Assembly: GCF_000012465.1 (NCBI RefSeq)
Contig: NC_007335.2
Location: forward strand, 1,680,001 to 1,712,000
Origin: Prochlorococcus marinus str. NATL2A
GTDB taxonomy: Bacteria; Cyanobacteriota; Cyanobacteriia; PCC-6307; Cyanobiaceae
Reading direction: 5' to 3'
DNA length: 32,000 nt
Shown here: positions 30,561 through 32,000 of the stretch, one piece after another
Numbering within the stretch: position 1 is the first letter of the stretch
How the letters are laid out: each line of letters opens with the position of its first letter
Translations under genes and position numbers: made by a program
Notes under the pieces: model-generated
Database searches by the model: none
Told to the model about the DNA's origin: nothing
The model's input: the letters and a program-made list of their open reading frames with translations, nothing else

Positions 30561-31739
30561 ATGCTACTTACTATTGATTCACTTATAAGTGATGAACTCA
30601 TAGATCACACAAAATATACATTATCAGGAAGCGAATCACTATCTTATTATGTAGATAAAACTGTAGGAGTTGAAAGCCTAGATAGATATTATTTAGATTC
30701 TAATCAACAAACTAAATATTTAGATACAATTAAAACAATTAACCAAGGTCATAACCAAGAAGAGCAGAATTTTATCAAAGATATTTTTAATAGATTAGAT
30801 TTAATTATTGATCTTGATTTCTATGAAATGTCACATAATAATGGTTCTATGCTTGATATCTATCACATAACTTACTCATCACATTTCGAACAAAATGTAA
30901 TTGGTCAAGCAATTCAGCAAAAAACTAGCACTGGTGGATGGTGGGATATTTTTTGGAAGGATAGTCCTAATGAAAGAAGCTCAGATAGTAAAGAAAACTT
31001 TAATACAATACTCCACGAAATAGGCCATACACTTGGACTTAGTCATCCTAATGATGATCCTTTTGATAAAAATTTTAATTCCCAAGATACAATAATGTCT
31101 TACAATAAAGGTCCAGGAGATTGGGGACACTGGTTCTCCACAAAGGATATTAATGCATTGATAAAAATATGGGGAAGAGAAAATGATCTTGGTTTTATTG
31201 ACTTTGATGGTGATAGTGTTCAATATAAATTTAAAAAGTCAGAGGACAAAAAATACTTCATAGAAACTGAGATTGGGTTCGAAGATATAACTAACATTTA
31301 TAGTTTAAATTTCACAGATAAAACTATTAATGTAGGAGATGATATTATTGATGTTTTTAATTTATTAAATGATAAAGAAGATGCTACCAGCAAAATTTAC
31401 AGGCTCTATAACGCTTCATTTTCTAGGTTTCCAGATAAAGAAGGATTAAAATATTGGATTAATAAGAATAAGTCAGGTGAAAATACTTTTCGTCAAACTG
31501 CCAATTCTTTTATACTTTCGGATGAATTCACAAAAAAATACGGTAAAGATCCTAGCAACATTGATTACATCAAAAATCTCTATCAAAACGTTCTTAATAG
31601 AGATCCAGACATCATTGGACAATCATATTGGTTAGGTAAATTAAATGAAGGTTTGGAGGATAGAACAGAATTATTGATCGGATTTTCCGAATCTGAAGAA
31701 AATAAAAATATGTTTTCAATCGAAACAAATATTTTTTAA
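30561..31739 (+). CDS. Leaderless metzincin zinc metalloprotease (serralysin/M10-like) with two C-terminal DUF4214-like repeats
   Basis: Zinc motif HEIGHTLGLSHP (aa 152-163, nt 31014-31049) and a Met-turn TIMSY (nt 31089-31103) of the serralysin SxMSY type. The C-terminal repeats are IYRLYNASFSRFPDKEGLKYWINK...FILSDEFTKKYG and IKNLYQNVLNRDPDIIGQSYWLGKLNEG...GFSESEE (nt ~31386-31715). There is no N-terminal hydrophobic signal and no GGxGxD RTX repeats. Confidence 0.8.
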   Translation: MLLTIDSLISDELIDHTKYTLSGSESLSYYVDKTVGVESLDRYYLDSNQQTKYLDTIKTINQGHNQEEQNFIKDIFNRLDLIIDLDFYEMSHNNGSMLDIYHITYSSHFEQNVIGQAIQQKTSTGGWWDIFWKDSPNERSSDSKENFNTILHEIGHTLGLSHPNDDPFDKNFNSQDTIMSYNKGPGDWGHWFSTKDINALIKIWGRENDLGFIDFDGDSVQYKFKKSEDKKYFIETEIGFEDITNIYSLNFTDKTINVGDDIIDVFNLLNDKEDATSKIYRLYNASFSRFPDKEGLKYWINKNKSGENTFRQTANSFILSDEFTKKYGKDPSNIDYIKNLYQNVLNRDPDIIGQSYWLGKLNEGLEDRTELLIGFSESEENKNMFSIETNIF

Positions 31740-31831
31740 ATATCCTCTTATTAACATCTGAACGAAATTTCTTGAAATAATTAAGTATGGATACGCTTTA
31801 CAATATATAGTAGTTAGAAAGCATTAACAAA

Positions 31832-32000
31832 ATGGCCAACGTCACAATAGATGGAAAAGAATACGACGTCGATTCTCTTAGTAAGGAAGCAAAAGAACAA
31901 CTTGCGAGCTTAAAATTTGTCCAAGGTGAGATTCAAAGGCTTCAAGCCCAAATGGCAGTTTGCCAAACGGCAGCTGCTGCATACTCTAATGCATTAAAAA
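31832..32000 (+). CDS. Small hypothetical protein, 5' part only (runs off the right edge of the window)
   Basis: ATG at 31832. My translation is MANVTIDGKEYDVDSLSKEAKEQLASLKFVQGEIQRLQAQMAVCQTAAAAYSNALK..., open to the window end and probably helical/coiled-coil. G+C is visibly higher than in the neighbouring protease gene. Confidence 0.5.
   Translation, partial: MANVTIDGKEYDVDSLSKEAKEQLASLKFVQGEIQRLQAQMAVCQTAAAAYSNALK

Overview
AT-rich bacterial chromosome segment that is densely coding, with short or overlapping gene junctions. Its gene content points to a marine picocyanobacterium, probably Prochlorococcus-like. This call is an inference from the low G+C, a PlmA-like GntR regulator, a group-2 sigma factor, an RpaB-like response regulator and an mreBCD/ssb/ahcY/gyrB/secA housekeeping backbone. 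No rRNA, tRNA, CRISPR array, IS element, integrase or HIP1-type repeat was seen. About 75% of the window (1-24.2 kb plus secA) is ordinary core genome: an M20 amidohydrolase fragment, a TPR protein, ruvB, smpB, lysS, an OmpR-type regulator, mreBCD, ssb, dedA, ahcY, tsaE, a PfkB kinase, mutY, an alpha/beta hydrolase, a sigma-70 factor, mgtE, a glutathione peroxidase, tandem crcB, gyrB, miaA, infC, the GntR regulator and cysE. The accessory-looking part lies around secA. A very AT-rich ABC-2 (Wzm/Wzt-type) exporter pair sits 17 nt downstream of secA. On the other side of secA are gmd and a leaderless serralysin-like zinc metalloprotease. The exporter ATPase has an unusual ~200-aa N-terminal extension with two DUF4214-like repeats, and the same repeat type forms the C-terminus of the metalloprotease. 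This shared module is the best candidate here for an undescribed export or cell-surface system. Smaller observations include a perfect 14-bp palindrome upstream of the GntR gene, structured or repeat-bearing intergenic regions, tandem crcB genes without a riboswitch, a G+C-rich small ORF, ATGA-coupled genes and several obligatory non-ATG starts. All domain calls come from motif recognition by eye. No database search was run.
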